The position numbers and the translations under genes were made by a program. From Dicyema japonicum (lineage: Eukaryota > Animalia > Dicyemida), in the NCBI GenBank assembly GCA_011109175.1, contig RDEW01000067.1, positions 124,001 to 188,000 of the forward strand: a stretch of 64,000 nt of DNA. The letters run 5' to 3'. Of the stretch, positions 52,067-64,000 are shown piece by piece; position 1 is the stretch's first letter; the number at the start of each line of letters is the position of its first letter. Below the pieces are notes generated by a model. It was not told where the DNA came from. It made no database searches and was given only the letters and a program-made list of their open reading frames with translations.

Positions 52067-54425
52067 ATGGAAATACCCTCATTATATGCGCATTGCCTTG
52101 AACATATTCGAACAGATTTTTATTTTAAAAAATGTGAAGAATTAAATGAAAAAACTAAAAACATGATTTTTAAAAGAGTATTTAAGGAACTGATATATTC
52201 GAACGATCCATATCCAGATGAAGATCTATATGATCAATATACGTTTATAGACACGATCTCAGATGGAGTACAGAAAAATGTTTTCTGCGTTGAATTCATT
52301 GATGACATTGACGTTAAGGATGTTGTCAAGATGATTCAAGTTTATCCGAATTTATCGAATATTAAATTATGCAAAATAACTTCATCACAAAAGAATCCTT
52401 TACTACCATTCTCACCTAATAATGTCCAATCATTCTCACTTCAGAGTTATCATAACCCAGATATGCTACATTCCCTATTTATGACTGGATTTAATAAAAT
52501 AACATCCTTGAACTTGGCTGTATACATTATAGAAAAAAATATTTAAAAACAGCACAATTAAAATAATGGATAAACTGGAAAACATAAACTTTATGAACGT
52601 TGTAATTACTGACTTTGAAGAATTTGCTGCTAACTTAAACTGTCCAGAGGCCCTGTGGTTTAATTTATATCAAATTCAGTTATTTTACGCATATGAATAA
52701 TTATTATGTTGTTGAAACAGATGATACTTGTAAAGTTAATTGTATTCCTCTTCTTGATAAGACCATCAATCTTAAATTTCTCGATTTATCGGGATGTATT
52801 GTAGACATGGAGAAATTAACAAAGTTATCGATTATAATAATCATAGCTACTTAAGCAAAAAAGGATTGAAAAAAAATCATTTTGACCAACTTATAAGTTT
52901 CAATGTGAATATAAATGAATGGGTAATTTTTACGATATAATATAGATTGATAAAGAATTACTTATAAATAACTTAATCAGGCCTCTCTTCACGTTCCAAT
53001 GTGAACATAAAATGTATGAAATTTTTAATGGGATTTGCAATTCGAATTACAAATTCCGATATAAATTATTAAGTCGATTTTTGAAAGTATTTTGAACATA
53101 TTAGTTTAGTTTTGAGTCTTAAACCTATGGATGAAAATGAAGATCCGAAAATTTCTTGTAAGTGAATTGTTTTACTCCAGCTTTACTTTAGCCAGTATTA
53201 TCAAAAACTATCAAATATCGTACCTTAACCGTTGGTATGTGTTGATTTTATCTTTAGTATGATTTACGATGGTATTTGTAAAATTGTTAAGCATTACCGA
53301 TTATTTAGTTACGAAATGGTAATTTAATTTAAATTTTTAGAATGCTTGTAATTGTTTAAAGATATTTCACTTTTTAAAACCATGGGAAACATCAATTTTC
53401 GTTTGCACATTTTTTATTTTAGTTGCCTTCGTTTTCATTCATTCTTAAAGGAACTTATTGTTGGTATGAAGACGATAGTTATGATTACGATACATGTCGT
53501 TCTATTTTAAAAGGCATGAGCATAGAATTTTTGACTTATCTTGGATATTCAGGTCTTGTGAAAGTTTAAATTAATGACAGGATAATTTTAGTACTGCTGT
53601 GAATCTTGTGAAACATGCGACGAGAAGGGTTATGGCATATTCAATGTATTGAGATATCTTCTAGGTATTTGAAATATATTTATTTAGACGAAAATGAAAG
53701 AAATGTGGATTTGTTTATTGATTTGGATGGAATTTCTCGAATTCATAATTTTTTAGAAAGATTTCCATTAGAAGATCAAAACCATAATATCATAATTCCA
53801 ATTATTAAAGTCGTCGAAACTCTAGCTAAATTTCAAAAAGCTAGAAGTTTACTTGCTACGTGTGGAATAATAGAAGATTTATTGTAAAATCGGTGTTTCA
53901 TTAAAAGAAATCCTGATTACGATGTACTTAATTTTAATGCGCATTATTTTATCTACAGTTGCATGTGTCTGATATTGAGTGATCCAAATTATATTTTGCC
54001 CACATTTGAAAATTTGGATTTCGTTGATTTGAGTCCAAAGGAATTCATTCTAAATAAAATTTGTCAATTTATAAAAGAAAATCCGTATGAAGCAGATTGC
54101 GATATCCATAGTAGGTAATTTAATTTTCTATGTCGAAGGTCAATGATACCAACAATAAAATTGTTAAGTATGAATACAGACGAGCGAATTTGGCTTTGGG
54201 TTGTATGGGAATTTGCTAATTTAACCACTAAATATCGTTAATCTTTACTTTAATAATAGCAAATCTTTTTATGGACATGTTAGTTCCCCATAACATTATT
54301 GAGAAAATTGAGAATATATGTTGTCAATCCAATATGGAAGAGATCCATTCATACGCTGCTATTTTTAGAACAAATTACAATGTTGTTATTTTTATTATAT
54401 TTAGGATTATATTAATCGTCATTAA
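52067..54425 (+). CDS. ZYG-11/ZER1-family gene, copy 3
   Basis: Near-identical to copy 1; copy-specific indel near 52508. Confidence 0.7.
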
Positions 54426-54620
54426 TTAAATATTCAAGTAAACAAATCTCTTTATTAATAAATTAACAATATGTATTCATTTCTTAGTCGCCATTACAGA
54501 GGCTTGCAACTTATTATTTATTGCTAGACTGATTTTTTTTCTTACAAATCAAAAATGTTTTTAACAATAATGAAATGTGAAGCTACACTCCATGTTTATT
54601 TCTTAAACATTATTTTAATA

Positions 54621-57600
54621 TGTCACGGCCCATACGTGGCCTCGGCCCAAACATGGTCGAGGCTAATAAACTTACAAAATTTTCTATAGCAGAATTAACT
54701 TAAATATACCCAATAAGTTTACCTCTGATATTATAAATTCTGTAGAATGCAAAAATTGAGAGATTCAAATTAAAAATTAATTACCAAATGTCACAGTAAT
54801 AGTATCTTCGTGCTAAAAAAATTTTTATTTTGTTTAAAAAATATAAAATAAAATCTAATTATTTAAATAACTACTAGAATAGCAAAAGCAAAGCTTTGAC
54901 CAAAATATTAAATTTAAGTCTTGTTCTTTTATCCATGTACATGAAACTTTAACTCTATACCATAACCCTAAATTCTAAACACTGACCCTAACTAAAAACA
55001 CTAAACATTAACCCTAACCAAAAACCCTCAAAGTGTAAATTATTAAACATAATTTATTAATTAAATTATTTAGCGTTTTCGATCACTTAAACTCGTGACC
55101 TGTGAATATTTTTATCCTCTCTGTTATTGAGAAAACAATTATCTCCATCGTTTTTGGTTACTTCATAGATGGTACAGTCAAGCTTATCGTAAAGTGCCAT
55201 TATACGATGAGCAGGATTTTTGTCATGATCTCATCCTTTATGGACCTCGTCACCAATTTTTAAAGTTTCGTCGTCGTTTCTCCACCTTCTTTTTTCAATC
55301 ATTTTTCGTGCAGCTACTTTGGTATATATTCGTGTCTCTTCTCTTGCTTCATCCACTTCATAAGACAGAAAATTTGACAAATCCTCCGGTATTGCTTCCT
55401 GTGGATACTTACATCCCATAAATATAAAGAATGGCATTTGTTTCGTTGCCTCGTGTATCGAAATGTTGTAATCAAAAAACATTTTTTTAAATGAAGAACA
55501 TAGCTCCCACTCTCTCCACTGGAAGGTAATATAGAGGAAATCCATTTTTATTGATTGGTTTAATCTTAATTTATAATTTATTTTTTTACCTTTTTACTTG
55601 ACCTTGTATCCATGGAGCACACCATTTACCATGAATATACTTTACTCGAGGTTCCATTAACATGTCGGTCATCAATTTATTTTTAAATTCTTTTCCGTTA
55701 TCCATGTGTAATAATAGCGGGGGCCATATGTATAAATTTTTTTGAAAAGTTTCAACTACTTCCTTTGAATTTTTGGAGTAGAGAGTTTCGACCACGCCAA
55801 ATTTGCTGAAACAATCAACAACAGTCAAAAGCTACAGAAAATTAATGAGAAAAGACACATATGAATAACCCAAGTTTTTGTCAGAATAACGTCACAAATC
55901 GATCAGATCGGCTATATATCTGTCGCGTGGGTAATTTACCACAATTGGTGTTATCGGAGGTTTTGTTTCCAAAAGCCTCTTAGACGTAATTTATAATTTG
56001 TTTCCTACAAATGAGCAATTATAAATATACGTAGATATATGGTACATCGTTTTCAAACGTAAAACTACTGGCAAGCCTTTTATAACGCCTCTTATCAGAT
56101 ATTGTCAGATCTGAAGGGAACAAGTCAAATTCTTTAAATTCCTTAATTATTTTCATATCGTAAAGAAACAATCGAACAACAATAACCATCAGTCGGTGGC
56201 GTTAAAACTCTCTCGAGTTGGCAAAAATGTTGAAAGGAAAAAAGGAGAAGGGTCACTTGCATTACCTGATGGTATGAATGTAATTCTTGCCATATCCGAG
56301 AGCGTTGTGGCAGATGACCCAAAAGAATGGGCGAGGCAGGTAGTCCTGCAGGTACGTAGCAGGCTATCTCGAATGCCCTGGAATGGATGGCCATACTTGG
56401 CGGAGCTCTGCAGTGGCAGATTCAGTACTGCTATATCTGTGAGTGAACTCAAGAAGATGGCTGTAGGCAAAGAGGGTACTGGTCTAAAGGGGCGGGGACC
56501 AGGTGACCACAACTGTCAAAGAGAGCACGAGCACCAGAGCTGTGATACGTTGCAGCTCAAGCATGTTTATGAGGTCTTTGCGCGGAATCTCGCTGCAGCG
56601 GCAGATGTCCCACTTGAGGACCGTAGATTTACCCGCAAGATTCCTCATTGTAAGGTTAACGGTGTAGTGTTAACCTGCATCAATAAGGCTGTGGCTTATG
56701 CGGTGGAGGCTAAGCCAGTAGGGTCATTGGGTGACATCTCCCTAGTGCTGTATGCAGCACAGATCACCTATGAGGAATTGACGGACAAGCCCAGACCACC
56801 CAGTAAATGGAGGGAGCAGATCTGTGCCAAGATTGCTTGGAGACAGACTGAGCTGGAAGCACTGGAGGGGCACATAAGTAGTGTGGCGAGAGGGGTTAGA
56901 GGAAAAGCACCGGCTATAGTAAAGGGGCTAATTAGTAAACTCCGTGTTCCCAAATGGGACCTCAAAGAGTTGAGGAGGGCAAAGGTGGAGTTAGAGGGGG
57001 CAATAATGGTGTATAAGAGGAAACTCTATACACATGAAAGTCGGTGTAAGAGAAGGAGAGAAAATAATCTGTTTGAGTTTAATCGCAGATTGTTTTACCG
57101 TCGCCTACACGAAAATGGCCATAGTGTATGTTCCCAGCAGGACGCGGAAATGCTTTCCACATGGGGTAGTATGTGGGAGGCTAAACCACGCAGAGGAAAT
57201 GCGTGGAATGTCCCGTACAGCGCCGCTCCTTTCTTGGCGGAATTTTCGATTTTCGCAAGAAATTTGAGGCGGTAGTGAGACATCTCTCTGATTGGAAACG
57301 ACCGGGGTCGATAAAGTTTATAATTTCTTTATCAAAAGATGCACTTCATTACACGAGTCTTATGTGTGTGTATTACAGAAAAGCATCACTAACCCGGAAA
57401 CGATTCCTGATTGGGCATGCACAGGGACAACTTATTTGATCCCAAAGCTGGACAACCCCCAGTCTGCTGCAGATTATCGACCGATAACCTGCATGCCAAC
57501 CCTGTATAAGCTGATGACCAAATTGGTGGCTAATGAGGTCAGGAGCTTTGTAGACGCAAATGGGATTCTCTCCGAGAATCAGTTGGGAACTGTGCGAAAT

Positions 57601-59821
57601 TGTCAGGGGGCAAAAGAGCAGGCTTTGATCAACAAATGCCTTTCTGTGTCTCACGGAAACTCACTTTTGTCTATGTGGGTGGATGTGAAGAAGGCTTACG
57701 ATTCAGTTGATCATTCTTACCTTGTCGAGTGCCTACACAGTCTGTGTATGCCTGTGTGGTTCATCAGCTTTGTAGTGGCTGTGATGAATAGGTGGAGTAT
57801 TCATCTGAACTATAATAGGCACCGGATAGGCGAGGTAAAACTCAAGAGGGGGATCCTTCAGGGGATAGCATGTCTCCGCTACTCTTTGTTCTCTGTTTGG
57901 AGCCATTGAGTCGCCGCCTCAATGACCGGTTTGAGCAAATACCAGTTCATTGTGAAGGGGTCTGTTTCAGTACAAATCACCTTCTTTTTATCGATGACTT
58001 GAAGATGTATGCTCGAACAGCCGAGGAGCTCTACTCCATGGGGGTCTGTGCCAGGGAATTCTTTGAGAGTATAGGGCTAGATTTGAATTATTCAAAGTCT
58101 GCGACTAACACGCAAGTATGTAGCGAGTTAGTAAGAGTCCTAGAGGAACACGAAGGATATAAGTATCTGGGTGTTACCGAATCTCCAAAGTCCCTTATAA
58201 TGCCTGAGACAAAGCGACAAATTACTGAAGGCATCCGTAAAAGAGCAGCGTTATTGTGTAAGACGTCTCTAAATGCAAGGAATTTGTTCCTAGCATTAAA
58301 TGAGTATGCTGTCTCGCTGCTAAACTACTACATAGGTGTTGTGGAGTTTGAGCCCAAAGAGTATGATGAGATGGATGTTATGATCCGTGGAGTACTCAGA
58401 GAGAACCATGTCCATGTGTTGGCAGCCAATAAGGAGAGACTATATTTACCCCGTGATAAATTCGGCCGTGGACTGTGTGGAGTAGTCCAACTAAGTGAGC
58501 GTATCCTAATGCGAATGCACGACACCCTGATAGCTGGGTCAAGTGTGTCTGCTAGGAAGCACGCCATAATAACGACCGAGAAAACACGGGCAACCCACCT
58601 AGGCACTATCAGACCTTTTTTGTCTGCTAAGTATGGTGTTGATGATGGTGGGCTAGTAAATGTGAAGGCGTTGATCGAATTACAATATAATAATTTGATG
58701 GAAAAGATCAACTTAAAAAGCCTTCATAAGGTCCTCTTCAGAGCATTGGACAACCCACATGTCGACCTTAAGTCGTCGACAATATGGCTAAAATACGGTG
58801 ACAACTCACCTCGATCGGAGGCGTTGTACACGTATATGCAAGACCGCAATATTTTTTGGGGTCGATCAACAAATACATGTCCCCACTGTAAGTCAAGGAG
58901 CATGTCGGTTGATCATTTAGCCACTCGATGTGGATCCATGCTCTGCCACGACTATGTGTGGAGGCACAACGAGGTAGTAAGGAGTCTTCATCTTCTACTA
59001 TGCAATAAGTATGGTATTCGCCACACCAGAAAGTTGCGGACTCATAAGGTGCAATCTGTAGTAGAGAACACCAGGGTCCAAATTAAGGTAGACAGTGTTA
59101 TCCGTACCTCGGTGCTAGTCAAGCACAATAAACCGGACATTGTGGTACACGATAAGGAGTCTGGCCAAGTCCTTATCATAGAGGTTGGCATCACGTCTCA
59201 AGACCGTTTGCAGACTGTGGAGGTGGAGAAAAAAAGGAAGTATGACTTTCTTGCAAACGAGATGGGGCAGATGCTTGGTTGCAAGGTCCTCGTTATTCCT
59301 ATAGTAATGACGTGGGAAGGAATTGCAACAAAGTACCACAAGGGTTATCTGAAGCAGTTGGGGGTAGATAGGAAGCTCCAGGCCTATCTACAGTCCACTG
59401 TGTTAAAGCGGACCCTAGAGAGCCTGACACTGGAGTATAGGAGGCAGAGCCCTGAGATGCCATATGGGCAGAGGGTTCAATTAGACAAAGCGCTCTCGGA
59501 GTTGTTTCAGCAACCAGAATCGAACCTGCCTGAGGAGGCTGGCGAACAGGCAGGCGAGGAAGGTTGTTGATTAAATATATTAACTTTTTTATTGTTTGTT
59601 AAATAAAGTGGGGTGTTTTTTTTTAAAAACTAAGTATTTTGATACTGTACCCATTCTTCAATTTTATTTTTTCAATTTTTTCCAAAAAAGTGATTATTTT
59701 AACATAAAAAATACATATTTGTAATCCTTATCCAACAACGAACAAAAATATATAATTATTTTTTTTAAATGATTAAAATCATTGACCATGTGTGGGCCGA
59801 TACCACGTATGGGCCGTGACA
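54621..59821 (-). mobile_element. Second copy of the Ginger2/TDD-type element, interrupted by an R4-type retrotransposon
   Basis: Same TIRs (35/38 complementary) and TAATA flanks; ORFs 55586-55828 and 55231-55545 are integrase core and C-terminus. Confidence 0.85.
56196..59624 (+). mobile_element. Near-intact R4/Dong-type retrotransposon, second lineage, inserted in the Ginger element; frameshifts ~57270 and ~57880
   Basis: ORFs 56196-57275, 57292-57909 and 57870-59570 carry FEFNRRLFYRRL, YRPITCMPTLYK, LFIDD, CPHCKS..DHLATRC and NKPDI..IIEVG..EKKRKY. Absent from the Ginger copy at 39294-41121. Confidence 0.92.
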
Positions 59822-62184
59822 TAATATTTATATAAAATCAAAATTTAGAATTTTTCTAACTCGGGGACCTAACTCGTTCTCCATACCTAAATTGGCCTTA
59901 ACTCTTCAAAAAAAATTTTGAGTACGTTTTCTCAAATTTTTAAATTATTTATAATTTTTCTCATCTATGATTGTTTCTTAATTTTTATATTTTTTCATTG
60001 GTTGAGGTGGTGACGACGTCTCTATTGCACTATGTCTTATTCGTATTCTTTACCGACTTCTCTGTTCACTCTTGGAACTTTTGATTGCAGAGGAATTAAA
60101 CAACTTTAAAAGAAACAGCAACTGGCTTGCGATCTTTTAAAATACAACATTTCTGTCTGCGGCCTACAAGAGACAAAAACGACTGTACATTGTACAGAAC
60201 TGATTGACAAACTTCACCTTTTTACCGTATCATCGGACTGCCAAAATTATGGTCTCGGATTTGCAGTCTATCAGGACCTGATCCACTGTGTTACAAAATT
60301 GTGGGCAGCTTCTGACCATGTCGCAGTGCTGCAAATCGGAAATAAAATCTACTCAGTTATTCCCATTATGTATGCCTAATCTGTATAAACTATTGACAAA
60401 GTGTGTGATCAAAAAATTATCAGATTATATTAAATCATACAACTTTATCATCGATAATCAACTGGGAACGCGGAGAATGTGCCAAGGTGCGAAAGAACAG
60501 GCTATCGTCAACAAGTGCGTAAATCAACAAATGGAAGCAGTTTGAATTCCACTTGGATTGACGTCAAAAAAGCTTATGACTCGGTTGACCACCTGTTTCT
60601 CCACCAGTATTACAAAATTCTAGTCTTCCCTGCTGGATTGTCAGGTTTAATCAGGTACATATCACAAATGGACCCTCTAGTAGAATGCTGAACTGAAAAT
60701 TTCCGAAAGTAACTATGGGAAGTCCGGTAAATGGGGAACCAACGTATACGACGAATCACCTACTATTTATGGATGATATAAATTGTTTTCTCGCCATAGT
60801 CACTCAATGGAAATGATGTTGGAGGTGGTTGAGTCGTTTTTTGATGCAGCCGGGTTGGAGAGAAACTTTGAAAAATCCGCAACAACCGTGAAGTTATTGT
60901 CCGAGAAAGCTCGTTTCCTCCATCGATTGAACGGATACCGATATCTTGGAGTTCTTGAAGATAAGAACAGTAATGTTCTTAAAGGAAAAATTATGGATAA
61001 AATCTATGAAGAAGCATCTAAGCGAATCAAAAATTTGACAAAGATGGATTTAAACTCAGTGAACCTGTTTAAGGGGATGAACGAGTATGCATTCTACTAT
61101 TACTATTACATTGGATTGTTTGAGCAGTCAGAATTTGAACAGATCGATAAAAACACCCGCAGAATACTTATATAGCCACATACAAATGCAACCAGCAAAG
61201 AAAGACTTTATCTACCAAGAAATAAATTTGAGGAGTCTGTCAGTAACAAAACAGAACGAATGCTCCTCCAATTTTATGGTGACTTGGAACGTAAGGCAAA
61301 TTACTGCCTAAGAAGGTCGGGAATACTACGGGTCATTAATTCAAAGAAACACACATGGGCACTATCGTAGAATTCATTTCCCGAAAGTATAACATTGAAA
61401 GTGTGAATGACTTGACAATGTCGAAATTGATGGATATACAGCATGCATATCTATTGGGAAAGTTGTCAAAAAAACGCTGAAATCTATTTTATTTCAGTGT
61501 TTGAAAGACACAGAAGTGAATATTGCTGAATCCTCTGGATGGCTAGTGCATGGAAATCACTCCTTATAACCGAGGGAAGGTCGTGTCTACTTCAGGATCG
61601 TAACATGTTTTTGATAACGGAGAAACTAAGTGCGGATATTGTAACTCAGCAAAGAAGACCGTCGATCACTTGCAACCTGGTGTGGGAGAATGCTGAAGAG
61701 CTCATATCTCAGGCGGCATAATGAAGTGATCAGATGTTTACACCTACATCTCTGCCGTCAATATGGAATAAGAAAAACTTAGAGTCACACTAATTAATCC
61801 AAGGAAGGAACCCAAGGGAGAAAGTCTGCTTGTGTCTACCAAATTCATTTTCCAGAGTCCATTACAGGCTCCCGTTTCCAAAGATAGATGAAGAAGTCAT
61901 CGACATCACACATTCTTAGGCAGAAATGTTTTCGTGGTAATCTTCACCAGTTGACTTAGTCAAGGAGACGGTAAGAGGATCCCATTAACAACTGTGCCGT
62001 GACAGAAGAATCTGGTAGACAAGAATTACCTTCGTCCAAAAGTCCATCTTTTAGATTCGAACTCACCACAGTCGATCCGATGTCATCTGACATGTTCATC
62101 CAAGGCCTTTACGATATTTTTGGTCTTGATGTTTATTAAGCTATTTTTTACACAAAAATTGTAAACAATTAATTATTTTTATTA

Positions 62185-64000
62185 TGCTATTTAAGTTAAC
62201 GCAATGTAACCATAATCTTCTACAGCTCCATGGGAATCGCTATAAACACGTATATTTCTGCCTTTCCTTTGATTCCTGGCAAAAGACTGAACTTCATTCC
62301 AATGTAGTTGCTCTCATATGGTCCTAGGATCATGATTAGTGGTTTTAATTCCAGCAGATCTGGTCGTGTACAGCTCAACTTGAACGTTTTCTCCACAGAA
62401 TAGGTATTTCGATAACTCACACGCTTAAATACGTCGGAAATTCCGCATTTTTCCGCATCCAGCAAAACCTCAAAGACCTTTCCATATTATGGGATGCCAA
62501 CCTTAGACACTGGCGGGGGAATAACCGTGGCATTGATGAACCAATAATGAAGTAGCTGACTATTGCTCACATCAACAAGGCTTATGTAATACTTTCTCTT
62601 AGCGACAATCAAAGGTTTCAGACAGAGAGTGCATTCGGAAGTGCAATCAGCCGAAAGGGTTGTGGGTGCGTCCTCGACTGAGACCTCAAACGGATGGGAG
62701 ACAAAGAATTTAACGTTTCTCTTTGATTTTATATCCCCTTGTGGTCAATGAAACGATTACTTGATTAGCTGTTGGGATTTAGTGACCTGTCCTAGACACA
62801 CGTGAGATCTACTCGTTGACAGGCCTGAATGTATATTCCAATAGAATGAAAAGGACTTGTCATGAACTTGTCCTCGTACACAAACACAACCACGTGTTTT
62901 ATCGATGGGATTTCCCCAACCATCGTCTACACTAGTTATTTGGAATACTTTGACAATTAGTTCCGTCGGGTATCTCCTTGTTTGCAGATCCAAACTCACC
63001 GAATCAGAGATTGAGCACTTCACGACCATGGTGGAAGGATTTCTGAAGTCTTCGTTCGTCGGGATTACGATATTTTTCTTGAACATTTCGTTTCCCGATC
63101 CCATAAATCTGAACACGTGGGTAATTGGACACGATTTTATTTCTACAGAGAGATTTACGACGAGAATTCGGTATTCGTCCGAAATGAAGTTTATCTGGAA
63201 TATTTAAGAAGTTACCTTCGTCGTCTTAGTCAGTTGGGGGGTAGTTTCCTCCAAATTTGAATTTCCCTGTTGGTCGTCTTTAATTATCGAAACTATTTAC
63301 CGGTGGGAATTTGGTCCCCTGAACCGACAAGGCTCGGTAGACGAACGGGACAAACACAGTCTCGTCTGAGGGAGAGGAACAAAATGGGACATTTTTTTCT
63401 CAGAGGAATAGCTAATAAAGTTCCGTTCAATGGCAGTCCGAATATTCAAAAGTGTCTTATAGTGATTCCACTCTTCGTAGTTCGTTAGAACAGAAAGACA
63501 TGGATCGGCAAACTCTACTCTTATTAATTGCTTGTTTTTTTGTGAAATTGTGGACTTCAACCTCGAAAAACTCAGCCTTCCCCACAGTAGTTGTGATGGC
63601 CTTTGTGAGTGAGATATTCGATTCCAGTGCATTCTGAATTTGTTCGTATTTATTTTGACTTCTGTAGGCCTGGACAGTCGCAAGTCCCTCTGTCTGTTAA
63701 AGTAAGCGATCCAACCCCCTGAAATATACCCAAATCCTACAATCCCGATACTATCAGACTCCAAGGTCCTGACCTTTTCCATTCTTTCCATTTTACGTTT
63801 CCTGACTGGGATCCATTATTGACTCTGACACGTGGCGATTGTCATGCCAATTCGTTCTTCTACTAGCGATTGGGTAAAGTAAGGAAACACGTATTCCCCG
63901 ATTCTAAACGAAAGTAGAGAATAATACTGATAACTCCCCCAAAATCAAGCGATTTGCTCATGTTATCGGTTTTCTCGGTATTTTTTAGTTTCAGTTCGTT
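62185..64000 (-). CDS. NPHP4: NPHP4 second copy, 3' portion, continues beyond the window; altered C-terminus
   Basis: Near-identical to 43490-45303; indels at 62190-62245 change the last exon. Confidence 0.75.

Larger units (their letters stand above)
50869..64000 (+). repeat. Segmental duplicate of ~18910-22550 joined to 39215-45303
   Basis: Collinear near-identity: CRE end, ZYG-11-like gene, Ginger, RTE/R4 fragments and NPHP4 3' end. Confidence 0.9.

Noticed and set aside
1-64000. CRISPR arrays, rRNA, tRNA, SL RNA and hammerhead ribozymes
   Set aside because: No repeat-spacer array, cloverleaf or rRNA signature was seen by eye, and CTGATGA hits lack a properly placed stem II and GAAA. A covariance-model scan was not possible.
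1-64000. The source organism being a microsporidian or a ciliate
   Set aside because: NPHP4 and a ZYG-11-family gene with dense introns do not fit microsporidia; TAA acts as a stop at expected C-termini, unlike Paramecium-type codes.

Overview
Eukaryotic nuclear DNA in the standard genetic code, most likely from an animal with miniaturised spliceosomal introns. The introns I could delimit from protein homology are GT-AG and 22-27 nt. This fits a dicyemid-like genome, which is an inference. Host genes: a divergent class II lysyl-tRNA synthetase with a possible mitochondrial leader (5511-7172), a CXXC-less PDI/thioredoxin-fold gene (two copies), a ZYG-11/ZER1-family gene (three copies) and nephrocystin-4/NPHP4 (one near-complete copy, plus a second 3' copy running off the window). 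Much of the rest is transposon-derived: at least four lineages of R4/Dong-type RT+RLE non-LTR retrotransposons (two near-intact, each present in only one duplicate copy), CRE-clade, RTE-clade and Jockey/CR1-type fragments, and a Ginger2/TDD-type DNA transposon with 38-bp TIRs, a 5-bp TSD and host-sized tiny introns. The window is built from nested segmental duplications (7152-22550 ~ 22554-39214; 18910-22550 plus 39215-45303 ~ 50869-64000). Their junctions show microhomology, templated fillers and a microinversion. Many single-base homopolymer indels differ between copies, so some frameshifts are probably consensus errors and some duplication may be haplotype co-assembly. Family assignments rest on motif recognition from memory, not on database searches.
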